IMG/VR virus record: IMGVR_UViG_3300042564_004498
Coordinates: 32,001 to 96,000 of that record
Origin: a virus
DNA length: 64,000 bases
Direction: 5' to 3' (one strand)
The position numbers were made by a program, and so were the translations under genes. The notes under the pieces were generated by a model. The model was not told the origin of the DNA. It was given only the letters and a program-made list of their open reading frames with translations, and ran no database searches. Position 1 is the first letter of the stretch, and each line of letters begins with the position of its first letter. Below are positions 10,726-18,922 of this stretch, piece by piece.

Positions 10726-11087
10726 ACTCTATATGAATCTGAATCAAAATGTTCTGTTGATACTTCAAACACTACCCCATCGGTTATTGCTTCCAATTGA
10801 TGAGGTTGACCTGGTCTTTGTCTAACCACATCACCAACTTTAAGATGTTGTTCAATTACTTCTGCGGTTTCGGTATTAATCCATCGGTAAATAAATTCAC
10901 CTTCATTCACATACCAAGTCTCATCCTTAATCATATGATAATGCATTGAGAATTTTGCGCCTTGTCTAAACCGAAGTAATTTTCCGCAATATAATTCATG
11001 ATTGGCAATAATGATTTCTTCGCCCCAACCTTTTGGGATTTTGCAACCATCACATTCAATCACATTAATAACTTTGGGTGTTTCCAT
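10701..11087 (-). CDS. Cupin-fold sugar-phosphate isomerase-like protein
   Basis: KGWGEE...SMHYHMIKDETWYV...PGQPHQL...EVST. Confidence 0.8.
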   Translation of the reverse strand: METPKVINVIECDGCKIPKGWGEEIIIANHELYCGKLLRFRQGAKFSMHYHMIKDETWYVNEGEFIYRWINTETAEVIEQHLKVGDVVRQRPGQPHQLEAITDGVVFEVSTEHFDSDSYRVWKGDSQK

Positions 11088-11123
11088 AAGATAAAAGTAA
11101 TCTCATCACCAAAATTTGTAAAC

Positions 11124-11157
11124 AAAAAACCCTTCTTAGGAGAAGGGTTGTTTTTTT
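11124..11157. terminator. Bidirectional intrinsic terminator
   Basis: AACCCTTCT-TAGG-AGAAGGGTT flanked by A and T runs. Confidence 0.75.
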
Positions 11158-11996
11158 CTTTTAATTGTTTTGGTATCGTTATCTTTAACAGAGTAAATTA
11201 CAAACACATCTTTCTGTGGATAAATTAAAATGTCCACGGCTTTATGTCTTCCTTTACTAACATCTTTCTTGAATGACTCACCTTGTCCTTCACTTGATTT
11301 CACTTGTATTGTTTTTACCTCACCTCTTGAAGATTTGAAAATTAAATCTGTTGAGAATATCATATCAATAAAATCTCCGTCTCCACCTTGGTATAATAAT
11401 TCATAACCTGGTATTGACCCAATTGTATCGGCAACTTCATTTTCAATTTTTTCTCCCCATTCAGAATTTCTTCTAATATTGGTAGTGTAATCCAATAATT
11501 CATTGGGAGAACTCAAATATTGACTAAAAAGACCTGATAAGTTGTCTTTATACTTCAATAATACTTCTTTTACCTCATCTTCATCTTTGGAATTACTTAT
11601 TGTGTTAATAATTTCAGTAGCGGCTGGACGACCATTATTTTTAGATAAAAATAACAAATCGGTTAAAAGTTTAGCTAAATCGGAAAAATTTGTGTTTAAT
11701 TTGTTAACAGGATGCCATTTACCATCAATATAAACTAATCTTTTACTTGGAAGACTTTCCAAAAATCTATTATAAGTGTAATCATTGATTTTACCGTTAT
11801 CTTTTAAGATATTGACCCCCATAATATATCTTTCAATATCATCTTCTCCAATATTTGTTTTGATTTCATCAAGAATATTATCGATTATTGATTGTAAACC
11901 TAAACCATCATTTCTTGATAACCAAGATTTTAACTTATTCAACGAGTTGAATATTGACTCATGGTCACCTTCTCTTTGTTCTTTTATTAATTTCAT
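11136..11996 (-). CDS. Tagged protein with C-terminal PD-(D/E)xK-like nuclease domain
   Basis: MKLIKEQ leader; E...IDMIFSTDLI...TIQVKS. Confidence 0.55.
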   Translation of the reverse strand: MKLIKEQREGDHESIFNSLNKLKSWLSRNDGLGLQSIIDNILDEIKTNIGEDDIERYIMGVNILKDNGKINDYTYNRFLESLPSKRLVYIDGKWHPVNKLNTNFSDLAKLLTDLLFLSKNNGRPAATEIINTISNSKDEDEVKEVLLKYKDNLSGLFSQYLSSPNELLDYTTNIRRNSEWGEKIENEVADTIGSIPGYELLYQGGDGDFIDMIFSTDLIFKSSRGEVKTIQVKSSEGQGESFKKDVSKGRHKAVDILIYPQKDVFVIYSVKDNDTKTIKRKKQPFS

Positions 11997-11997
11997 A

Positions 11998-12858
11998 TTA
12001 ATGCTGTACTCTTAATCTATCGGTATTATATCCCAAACTTTGTATTAACTCACGAACTTCTTCAGTAAAAGTTGATGTATGTCTCCACGCATTACTTTTA
12101 AAAGTTAAGTTAATTAGTCCACCAACATTATTAGTTGATGTATTAAATTTCACTGAGTGTAATACTTGGGAATTAGGGAGAGCTCTAATTTTCTTTTTTA
12201 TTTCTTTATTTAATGTTTGTTTGACCCATTCATCGACCCCCTGATATACAAATGCACCACTCATATTTAAATCTAATTTTCCGTGGGTAACACTACCAAT
12301 TTCAACACCAATAAAATTAGTTAATGTTTCCATAAAGTCATTTCCCAATTCCGCGGCTCGATAATTTTTTTCAGATTTATCACGAATTGACTTATCAAAA
12401 TCAACACTAAAAAAACCATTTACAACATAAGGAGAATCTTCAGTTAAATTAAGTGTTATCCATTCAGGTAACTCTAACCTATCAGTAAAAAAAGTAATCG
12501 CCTTTTTGTACCTTTCAAGAAAAAGTCCTTCATTTTTAAGACTTGGCATTTTGTGAACGCCTTTTTGTGCTAATTCTCTTCCAACATTAACCATAGTACG
12601 ATAAGCACCATAATAACCTGTAACCACATCAGCAGCGCCATAATCTTCTGCAAATTCTTTCATATGATTTTTAATCAATAAAGAAAGAGGGTATTGACCT
12701 ATTTCATCACCGTGGTTTTTTTTAACCCATGGTCTAAAATAGTTCACAAAAACTTCAACAAAGTCTTCATCCTGGTATTCTTTTGGATTAAAACTTTCTA
12801 AGACAGTTCTTACAACTTTCTCAAGGTCAGATTCGGTAAGTGTGTGTATTTTTTTCAT
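11998..12858 (-). CDS. Tagged hypothetical protein
   Basis: MKKIHTLTESDL leader; TATTTAT-N5-ATG. Confidence 0.75.
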   Translation of the reverse strand: MKKIHTLTESDLEKVVRTVLESFNPKEYQDEDFVEVFVNYFRPWVKKNHGDEIGQYPLSLLIKNHMKEFAEDYGAADVVTGYYGAYRTMVNVGRELAQKGVHKMPSLKNEGLFLERYKKAITFFTDRLELPEWITLNLTEDSPYVVNGFFSVDFDKSIRDKSEKNYRAAELGNDFMETLTNFIGVEIGSVTHGKLDLNMSGAFVYQGVDEWVKQTLNKEIKKKIRALPNSQVLHSVKFNTSTNNVGGLINLTFKSNAWRHTSTFTEEVRELIQSLGYNTDRLRVQH

Positions 12859-12861
12859 TAC

Positions 12862-13032
12862 TTATAAATACTCATTAGGAATGATATGCACAACTTTATT
12901 TGTCATCCCATTCATAACCCGATAAATTGTGTTTTTTTGTTTTTCACTAATAGTGTCAAGAGTAAGCATAAACTCGTAAAGACCTCTTGTCAATTTAAGT
13001 TCCATATACTCTTCAAATTCTCTAGATTCCAT
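12862..13032 (-). CDS. Hypothetical protein
   Basis: MESREF...; TATTTTTG promoter-like motif upstream. Confidence 0.5.
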   Translation of the reverse strand: MESREFEEYMELKLTRGLYEFMLTLDTISEKQKNTIYRVMNGMTNKVVHIIPNEYL

Positions 13033-13102
13033 AATACAAACAAAAATAAACAAAAAACCCCACTTAATAAAGTAGGGTTATATTATTATTTGATTTCAAA
13101 AT

Positions 13103-13696
13103 TTAAAATCCTAAAATTTCGTGTCGTTTAACCGTATCAACAATATCTAAATAGAAATCTTCAAGGTCTCTTTCTCCTGATTCAATTTGATTAATAATTT
13201 CTTGTCTTTTATACCCTGTATTTTTATCAATGAAGTCAATCATTTCATCGTCAGTAATACCTTCAGGTTTTATTGGCTCAGGTATACACTCATGGTCTCT
13301 TTCAACAACACCAATGTCATCAACATATAATCCCGTTTCACCAACCATTTCTTCAAATTTAGGTATCATAATATCTTCATACCACTCTTCAATCACATGT
13401 AGCACAAAAGATTCTTTAACGGTAAACAAAGATTGTATTGTTTTAATAAAGTTTTTAGAAACAATTAAGTGTCCCCCTTCAAAATTTTCATCTTCAAAAT
13501 AAAATATTGCTGTAATCGCCTCTACCCCATCAACACACCAATCCTCCCGAAGATTACCATAATTACGAGATTTTTGTGTGATTTTTCTCTGACCTTCTTC
13601 AATATATTGATTTAGGTATTTTGTAATTGCGTTTTGTAACACGGGACTACTTTTTACAAATCTTTTATATTGTTCTTCAGTTATAATGTATTTCAT
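13103..13696 (-). CDS. Tagged WFE-family protein
   Basis: MKYIITEEQY; AITKYLN...VIEEWYE; TATTTAT-N5-ATG. Confidence 0.75.
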   Translation of the reverse strand: MKYIITEEQYKRFVKSSPVLQNAITKYLNQYIEEGQRKITQKSRNYGNLREDWCVDGVEAITAIFYFEDENFEGGHLIVSKNFIKTIQSLFTVKESFVLHVIEEWYEDIMIPKFEEMVGETGLYVDDIGVVERDHECIPEPIKPEGITDDEMIDFIDKNTGYKRQEIINQIESGERDLEDFYLDIVDTVKRHEILGF

Positions 13697-13719
13697 GTTA
13701 AATAAATAGTTTTGAAATT

Positions 13720-13752
13720 AAAAACCCCCAACATAGTTGAGGGTTTCTTTTT
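13720..13752. terminator. Intrinsic terminator
   Basis: AAACCCCCAAC-ATA-GTTGAGGGTTT with flanking runs. Confidence 0.7.
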
Positions 13753-13760
13753 TCATTATG

Positions 13761-14318
13761 TTAATTTTCTTCAATTTTTCGTTCATCCATCACTTCACGA
13801 TAACCCTCATATAACGAATCTCTAAGTTGATATAAGTTATCATAAATTTCGTCATGATAATCATCATCGTTCATCATCTCTTCAAAATCAATCCCCTCTT
13901 CATAATCTTCAATATCGTCGTAGTCTACGGCGTATACAAATGCACCAATAGGGGCATACCCTTCATCTTCATATGTTCCATAAACAACGGTGTCTCCACC
14001 AAGTACTTCAACAAGTTTTTGTAAATACTCTGTCGGAACACTCCAAGCTGACTCAATTACTAAATCAACATCTGATGAATACTCGTCTATTTCAGATTCA
14101 ATGGTAATCCATTTGGAACCAACATTCTCGGTCATCCATTCTCTATCCATAAAATTATCAGGTTCACTAAACTCAGTCCCGTATAATTTATTGATATTAT
14201 TTACAATATCCACATATAAAGTGTCATCACTTTTACTTACAAGAAGTTCTTTTAATTTAATAAAAGTTTCTTCGTTAAGATTCTCAACCTTAACATAAGT
14301 GGTCATGGTATTTGCCAT
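13761..14318 (-). CDS. Acidic protein with YubB/DUF1281-like ferredoxin-fold motif
   Basis: WMTENVGSKW...IESAWSVP...GTYEDEG. Confidence 0.55.
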   Translation of the reverse strand: MANTMTTYVKVENLNEETFIKLKELLVSKSDDTLYVDIVNNINKLYGTEFSEPDNFMDREWMTENVGSKWITIESEIDEYSSDVDLVIESAWSVPTEYLQKLVEVLGGDTVVYGTYEDEGYAPIGAFVYAVDYDDIEDYEEGIDFEEMMNDDDYHDEIYDNLYQLRDSLYEGYREVMDERKIEEN

Positions 14319-14488
14319 TAATTCTCTAAAATTGATTTGCCCAAAATTAACGGAGAACCTGTTTGACTCTTCACAACTGTGAAATGAGAATCATACTCCT
14401 TGATGAATAAGGTGTCATCTTTACCAAATAATTGTCTGTAATTGTTTTTTGCGTAGTCTTCTACTTGTTTTGAAACTTCTGGTGTCAT
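14318..14488 (-). CDS. Hypothetical 56-aa protein
   Basis: MTPEVSKQVEDYAK...; TTTG-N19-TATATTTG promoter upstream; TAATG coupling to the next gene. Confidence 0.65.
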   Translation of the reverse strand: MTPEVSKQVEDYAKNNYRQLFGKDDTLFIKEYDSHFTVVKSQTGSPLILGKSILEN

Positions 14489-14557
14489 ATTTTTAATTAT
14501 TAAATTATACTGTCACAAATATAGAATAAATTTGTGACAAAACAAATTAATTTTTAA

Positions 14558-14920
14558 TTAAAAAGTTCCAACATCATTTACTTGAAGACCCGTATGTCCT
14601 TCAAACCATTCTTTTACCATTGGTTTCCAAGAATCTTCACCAAAATAAGCATCAAATGACCCATAAATCCCTTTTGGTAATACCAAGAATGGACAATCCA
14701 TACTTGTATTGATATCATGGTTATTACAACTTACCCACCACATATGGTCGTAGTCGTCAAATTCAGGCATCCCTACCAAAGAAAAAAAATACTCAGGCTC
14801 ATTATCATCATATGGTGATTTAAATCCATCATATGGAATTAATTTATCATTGATAAATTCTAAAATGGCGTTGTTACGCTTCCAATTATTTAATTGTTGT
14901 TCGGTTATAATATATTCCAT
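14558..14920 (-). CDS. Tagged WFE-family protein
   Basis: MEYIITEQQL...WKPMVKEWFEGHTGLQV; TATTTAT-N5-ATG. Confidence 0.8.
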   Translation of the reverse strand: MEYIITEQQLNNWKRNNAILEFINDKLIPYDGFKSPYDDNEPEYFFSLVGMPEFDDYDHMWWVSCNNHDINTSMDCPFLVLPKGIYGSFDAYFGEDSWKPMVKEWFEGHTGLQVNDVGTF

Positions 14921-14954
14921 CTCTAATAAATACTCTAACCTTTTAGTTTGGGTA

Positions 14955-15176
14955 TTAAGATTTATTGCCCTTTACAGGTGTTTTTCCTATAATTTTCCAT
15001 ACTTTTTTAATTGGTGCCCCTAATAAGTCATCAAAGGCCCCAATAATAAATGAACTATCATTAATATTATCACTACTACGATTTCTTATTTCAAAAACTA
15101 ACTCTTCACCTTGATGAATTGTACTTTCATCTGTGATTAAATAATCAACTTTTCCTATTATTACATTCATTTCCAT
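14955..15176 (-). CDS. Hypothetical protein
   Basis: ORF in gene-dense context. Confidence 0.5.
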   Translation of the reverse strand: MEMNVIIGKVDYLITDESTIHQGEELVFEIRNRSSDNINDSSFIIGAFDDLLGAPIKKVWKIIGKTPVKGNKS

Positions 15177-15212
15177 AAACCAATAATAAGTTTTTATTTG
15201 TATATGTCAAAT

Positions 15213-15239
15213 AAAAAACCCCTCTTTGTGGGAGGGGTT
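15213..15239 (-). terminator. Intrinsic terminator
   Basis: AACCCCTC...GAGGGGTT stem with U-tract on the minus strand. Confidence 0.7.
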
Positions 15240-15247
15240 GGTTAATA

Positions 15248-16108
15248 TTATATTTGTGATTCAGCGGTCACTACCACATTTGATAGTTTCCATCCCGCAT
15301 TACATAACTTATCGTTATAACAATCTCCTGTAAACCAAGGAGAATCATAAGGACCTTTAGGGGAATATACTTCCCAATATGAAGGTGTTATCCACCAACC
15401 AACAGACATTGACGATTTTAATGATGACATATCTATGGTTGTACCATCAGCACCTCCATTGTTTAATACATCATATGTTAAAATACTCACACCATTTTGA
15501 GTTAAAATAATACTCATATTTGTGTAATCAGAATTAAAAGTAACTTCCATATCAAATGGAATTGTTACATCAATAACATCAACTAAACTATGAGTTCCTT
15601 CACCAGGGTTATTAGATAAATTACTTTGAGTGTAACAATCATCACTCAGAATTGCTTCACTATAAGAATATTCAAATCTTTGTTTGTTATTTAAATGAAT
15701 TGTTTGTTGAAGTATTCTATTACCATTAGTTTCCATAAAGTCAATTTCATTACAATATGGAGACCCTGAATTACCTGCGTCACAATAGTTAGTCCCTTTA
15801 GGTTGGGTTGCACTATTCACCATATAAAACGAAGCATTTAACCAATTGTTTTTTTGAATTTCGGTTGGTTCCATTCCTGATAGGTCAATTGTTGCAGTAA
15901 TTTTAGAAATGTTTTTAAACCCATGGGTTGAAACAACTCTACCAGCATTAAAGGTAACGGTTGAATTTTCAATTATTGGAGACATATTACACCAATCGCT
16001 GGTCCAATCTGAATCAAATGTGACATTATAAGTTGTTAATGATAATGATTTTTTATTACGACGAAATAGTTTTTTTATTCGGTCATAAAATTTAGATAAT
16101 TTACTCAT
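15248..16108 (-). CDS. Clan-B (GH7/GH16-like) glycoside hydrolase-like protein
   Basis: NASFYMV...NYCDAG...YCNEIDFMETN (E-x-D-x-x-E). Confidence 0.6.
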   Translation of the reverse strand: MSKLSKFYDRIKKLFRRNKKSLSLTTYNVTFDSDWTSDWCNMSPIIENSTVTFNAGRVVSTHGFKNISKITATIDLSGMEPTEIQKNNWLNASFYMVNSATQPKGTNYCDAGNSGSPYCNEIDFMETNGNRILQQTIHLNNKQRFEYSYSEAILSDDCYTQSNLSNNPGEGTHSLVDVIDVTIPFDMEVTFNSDYTNMSIILTQNGVSILTYDVLNNGGADGTTIDMSSLKSSMSVGWWITPSYWEVYSPKGPYDSPWFTGDCYNDKLCNAGWKLSNVVVTAESQI

Positions 16109-16115
16109 AAATTGT

Positions 16116-16280
16116 TTATTTCACTTTTTTTTCTTGTTCATTAACCAATGGTTTTGAATCACCAAGCTTTGAATTTATTAATTTAGAGAAATTCTCAGTC
16201 ATTACTTTCATTCCTCCTGTGTGTTGTTCACGGATGGCATTTTTTTCTTCTTCCGATAAATTATTCAATATGTGTTTCAT
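16116..16280 (-). CDS. 54-aa tagged peptide
   Basis: MKHILNNLSEEEKNAIREQH...LVNEQEKKVK; TATTTAT upstream; not in the ORF track. Confidence 0.65.
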   Translation of the reverse strand: MKHILNNLSEEEKNAIREQHTGGMKVMTENFSKLINSKLGDSKPLVNEQEKKVK

Positions 16281-16322
16281 GTTTTGTTTTATTATAAATA
16301 CCTTAATATGTGAAAAAAAAGT

Positions 16323-16856
16323 TTATCGTCTTCCTGATGAAGGTGATGTTGTTCCTCTCCCACCACTTTGTGGCCTAACCGAAGGTGTTTCAGGTCTATA
16401 TTCTTGTTGAGGTCTTACTGACGGGGTTTCTGTTCTTTGTGGTCTTACTGACGGAGTTTCTTGTCTTCCACCTCTTTGTCCTCCAACAGATGGTGTTTCA
16501 TCTCTACGATATTCTCTTCCTCTATAACCATTATTTCTTGCAACTCTATACCCATTATTATAATATACCGGATAAGAATAATAATAATTATAAATTCTTG
16601 GTCTCCAATAAGGGTCATCAAAATAAAACCACCAATTATAACCATTATACCAATTATTTCCCCAATAAAATCTCCAATTATTATAATAATATGGGTCTAA
16701 TTGGTTTGAAAATGTGGATAATGGAACTTGCACTTGCTGGCCCAATTCATTAACTGCCAAGATATGTGTTATTCTTGGTTGGGATGAAACATTTTGATAT
16801 CCTACACAAGATGATAAAAGAAAAAACAATCCAATAATTAATAATACTTTTTTCAT
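16323..16856 (-). CDS. Lipoprotein with Tyr/Trp-rich segment and ETPSVRPQ repeats
   Basis: MKKVLLIIGLFFLLSSC lipobox; four ETPSV repeats; TATTTAT upstream. Confidence 0.75.
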   Translation of the reverse strand: MKKVLLIIGLFFLLSSCVGYQNVSSQPRITHILAVNELGQQVQVPLSTFSNQLDPYYYNNWRFYWGNNWYNGYNWWFYFDDPYWRPRIYNYYYSYPVYYNNGYRVARNNGYRGREYRRDETPSVGGQRGGRQETPSVRPQRTETPSVRPQQEYRPETPSVRPQSGGRGTTSPSSGRR

Positions 16857-16879
16857 AACATTTTTTTATTATAAATATA

Positions 16880-18157
16880 CTAAATTAAAGTTCCTTCTTT
16901 AACACCATTCTCAATAACATCATCAATAGGGTTAACATTACTGTCAATTTGTTTATGTTCTTTTGGTAACCAATAAACTTCTTTCACACCAAATTTAATT
17001 GTTTCCTCAAGATAATCTATAAATGCTTTTGTTCTATCTTCTTTTAGGTTATAGTAATCCCCATAACCTCTTAGTTCACCACTTTGTTCTGGTAATGGTT
17101 GGGTTTCTTTAACACCATTATTAATAACATCTTCAATCATTTTGGGATAACTAGTTGAGTTATTTTCTTTCATCCATTCAACGGTTGACATAATATCTCC
17201 ATCTTTACCGGGTGTCTTTGTTTCCTTAACACCGGTTTGAATGATATCATCTATGTTGCGTGGTCTAAAACCTTTATAATTATAAATTTCCTTAACACCA
17301 TTATTAATCACACCATCTATTCTTCCTTTGTGGTGATATGCGTCATCGTGGGTTTCTTTCACACCATTTTCAATTATTTCTTCAACTTGCCAATCAGTAT
17401 ATTGTGTCATTGGGGAAATATCTCTCACCCCATCTTGAATAACATCTTTAACATCCCATCTATGACCTTTATAATCGTAAATTTCTTTCACCCCATTTTC
17501 AATAATATCATCCAACCTTACATCACCGACTAACCAATCACCATCTTCGGTATGTTTTACACCCTTTTTAATAACACCTTCAATCCAACTTTCATTAAGA
17601 TACGGGTTATTCTGAGTGTTTTTTATCCCATTTTGTAATACCTCTTCCATTTTATTGTCAAAAAACTTCATCACATCAACAGGATTAGTTTCTTTTACAC
17701 CATTATTAAGAGTTGTCTCAACCAACTTTTCTCGTTCTGCACAAATCCATAAGGTTTTTCTCACACCATTTTGAATTGTGTCTTCACAATCCTTTTGCCT
17801 CTTGGCAAACCCCAAGGAGTATTCGCTTACTTTAACGGAATCAATAGACCCATATTTAATCGTATTTTCAATAACATCTTTAAATTCAAACGGATTGTCT
17901 GATGTTTGGTTCAACCCCTTTTTAATAAAACTTTCCATCCATTTGGTGATGTATTGTTGATTATCCACAACATCCAAAGAAACATATTGAAATAAATTAT
18001 TGAAAAAACTATAATTGTACCATAAAGTTCCACCATTAGTTAACTCAACAACCCATTGTTTTGTATCCGTGAATATTAACCAAGTAGATTTATTATGATG
18101 ATATACATCACAACCTTCAACACCCTCAATTATTAATCTATTGATAATCTTTTCCAT
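16880..18157 (-). CDS. WFE-like domain followed by ~14 'I..VI.NGVKET' repeats
   Basis: Repeats with variable linkers, read from the translation. Confidence 0.8.
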   Translation of the reverse strand: MEKIINRLIIEGVEGCDVYHHNKSTWLIFTDTKQWVVELTNGGTLWYNYSFFNNLFQYVSLDVVDNQQYITKWMESFIKKGLNQTSDNPFEFKDVIENTIKYGSIDSVKVSEYSLGFAKRQKDCEDTIQNGVRKTLWICAEREKLVETTLNNGVKETNPVDVMKFFDNKMEEVLQNGIKNTQNNPYLNESWIEGVIKKGVKHTEDGDWLVGDVRLDDIIENGVKEIYDYKGHRWDVKDVIQDGVRDISPMTQYTDWQVEEIIENGVKETHDDAYHHKGRIDGVINNGVKEIYNYKGFRPRNIDDIIQTGVKETKTPGKDGDIMSTVEWMKENNSTSYPKMIEDVINNGVKETQPLPEQSGELRGYGDYYNLKEDRTKAFIDYLEETIKFGVKEVYWLPKEHKQIDSNVNPIDDVIENGVKEGTLI

Positions 18158-18598
18158 CTATTTCTTTTTGAATAATTCAAAAAACTTATCCTCATTAGTT
18201 TTTACCGGAGGAACAATCATAGATTCAACTTTGAATGTTATAAAATCCATTTCTCCTCCATAGGTCATTTTAAAATAATCATTAAATAATTCTTCATAAT
18301 GAGATTTATCACCTTTTGGTATATCGTCTTCATTAAAAAATATATTAATACCAACCAAAAATTTCCAAATTGGTTCAAAATTTACAGGGTTATAAACACT
18401 ATTACTTTTATAACCAATTGTGACAACCTCTCTAATTTCAGGACACAATTTTAAAATTACAGTATTAAATCTTTCAGGTATTTCAATATCGCATACATTC
18501 ATATATGAATCTTTCAATCCAATTGTTGTTTCATTTACCACACGACGAACGAGTCCGTTGGGTATTTCATAATAATCGTCATTATTCTCGTTTTCCAT
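18158..18598 (-). CDS. Hypothetical protein
   Basis: ATG 18598 adjacent to the upstream stop. Confidence 0.6.
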   Translation of the reverse strand: MENENNDDYYEIPNGLVRRVVNETTIGLKDSYMNVCDIEIPERFNTVILKLCPEIREVVTIGYKSNSVYNPVNFEPIWKFLVGINIFFNEDDIPKGDKSHYEELFNDYFKMTYGGEMDFITFKVESMIVPPVKTNEDKFFELFKKK

Positions 18599-18599
18599 A

Positions 18600-18875
18600 C
18601 TATCTAATTGTGTTTGGTTGGATTGTTGTGTCTTCAAAGGACTCTGTGGACACAAACTCACTTTTCATATAATCAATTACATATTCAAACATTTCGTAAT
18701 CTTTAAAATCACCTCTTTTGTGTCCGGCTTTAATCAACATAGACATGCCAGCAGCTAACATCATTGTTGATTCCTTAACCGATAATAACTCTTGGTCTTT
18801 TGGGAAAGCGATGTCAAAATAATTTCTTTTATTTTCACCTCGTCTGTGTGTTACTGCAACTGTTAAACTATCCAT
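18600..18875 (-). CDS. Hypothetical protein
   Basis: TATCTTTG promoter upstream. Confidence 0.6.
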   Translation of the reverse strand: MDSLTVAVTHRRGENKRNYFDIAFPKDQELLSVKESTMMLAAGMSMLIKAGHKRGDFKDYEMFEYVIDYMKSEFVSTESFEDTTIQPNTIR

Positions 18876-18922
18876 TTTGTATTTTTAACAAAGATAATAA
18901 ATTATAAATAAAAAACCCACTA

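Noticed and set aside
16880-17920. CRISPR-like array
   Set aside because: Repeats are conserved at protein level with synonymous DNA variation inside one ORF; there are no identical DNA repeats or cas genes.
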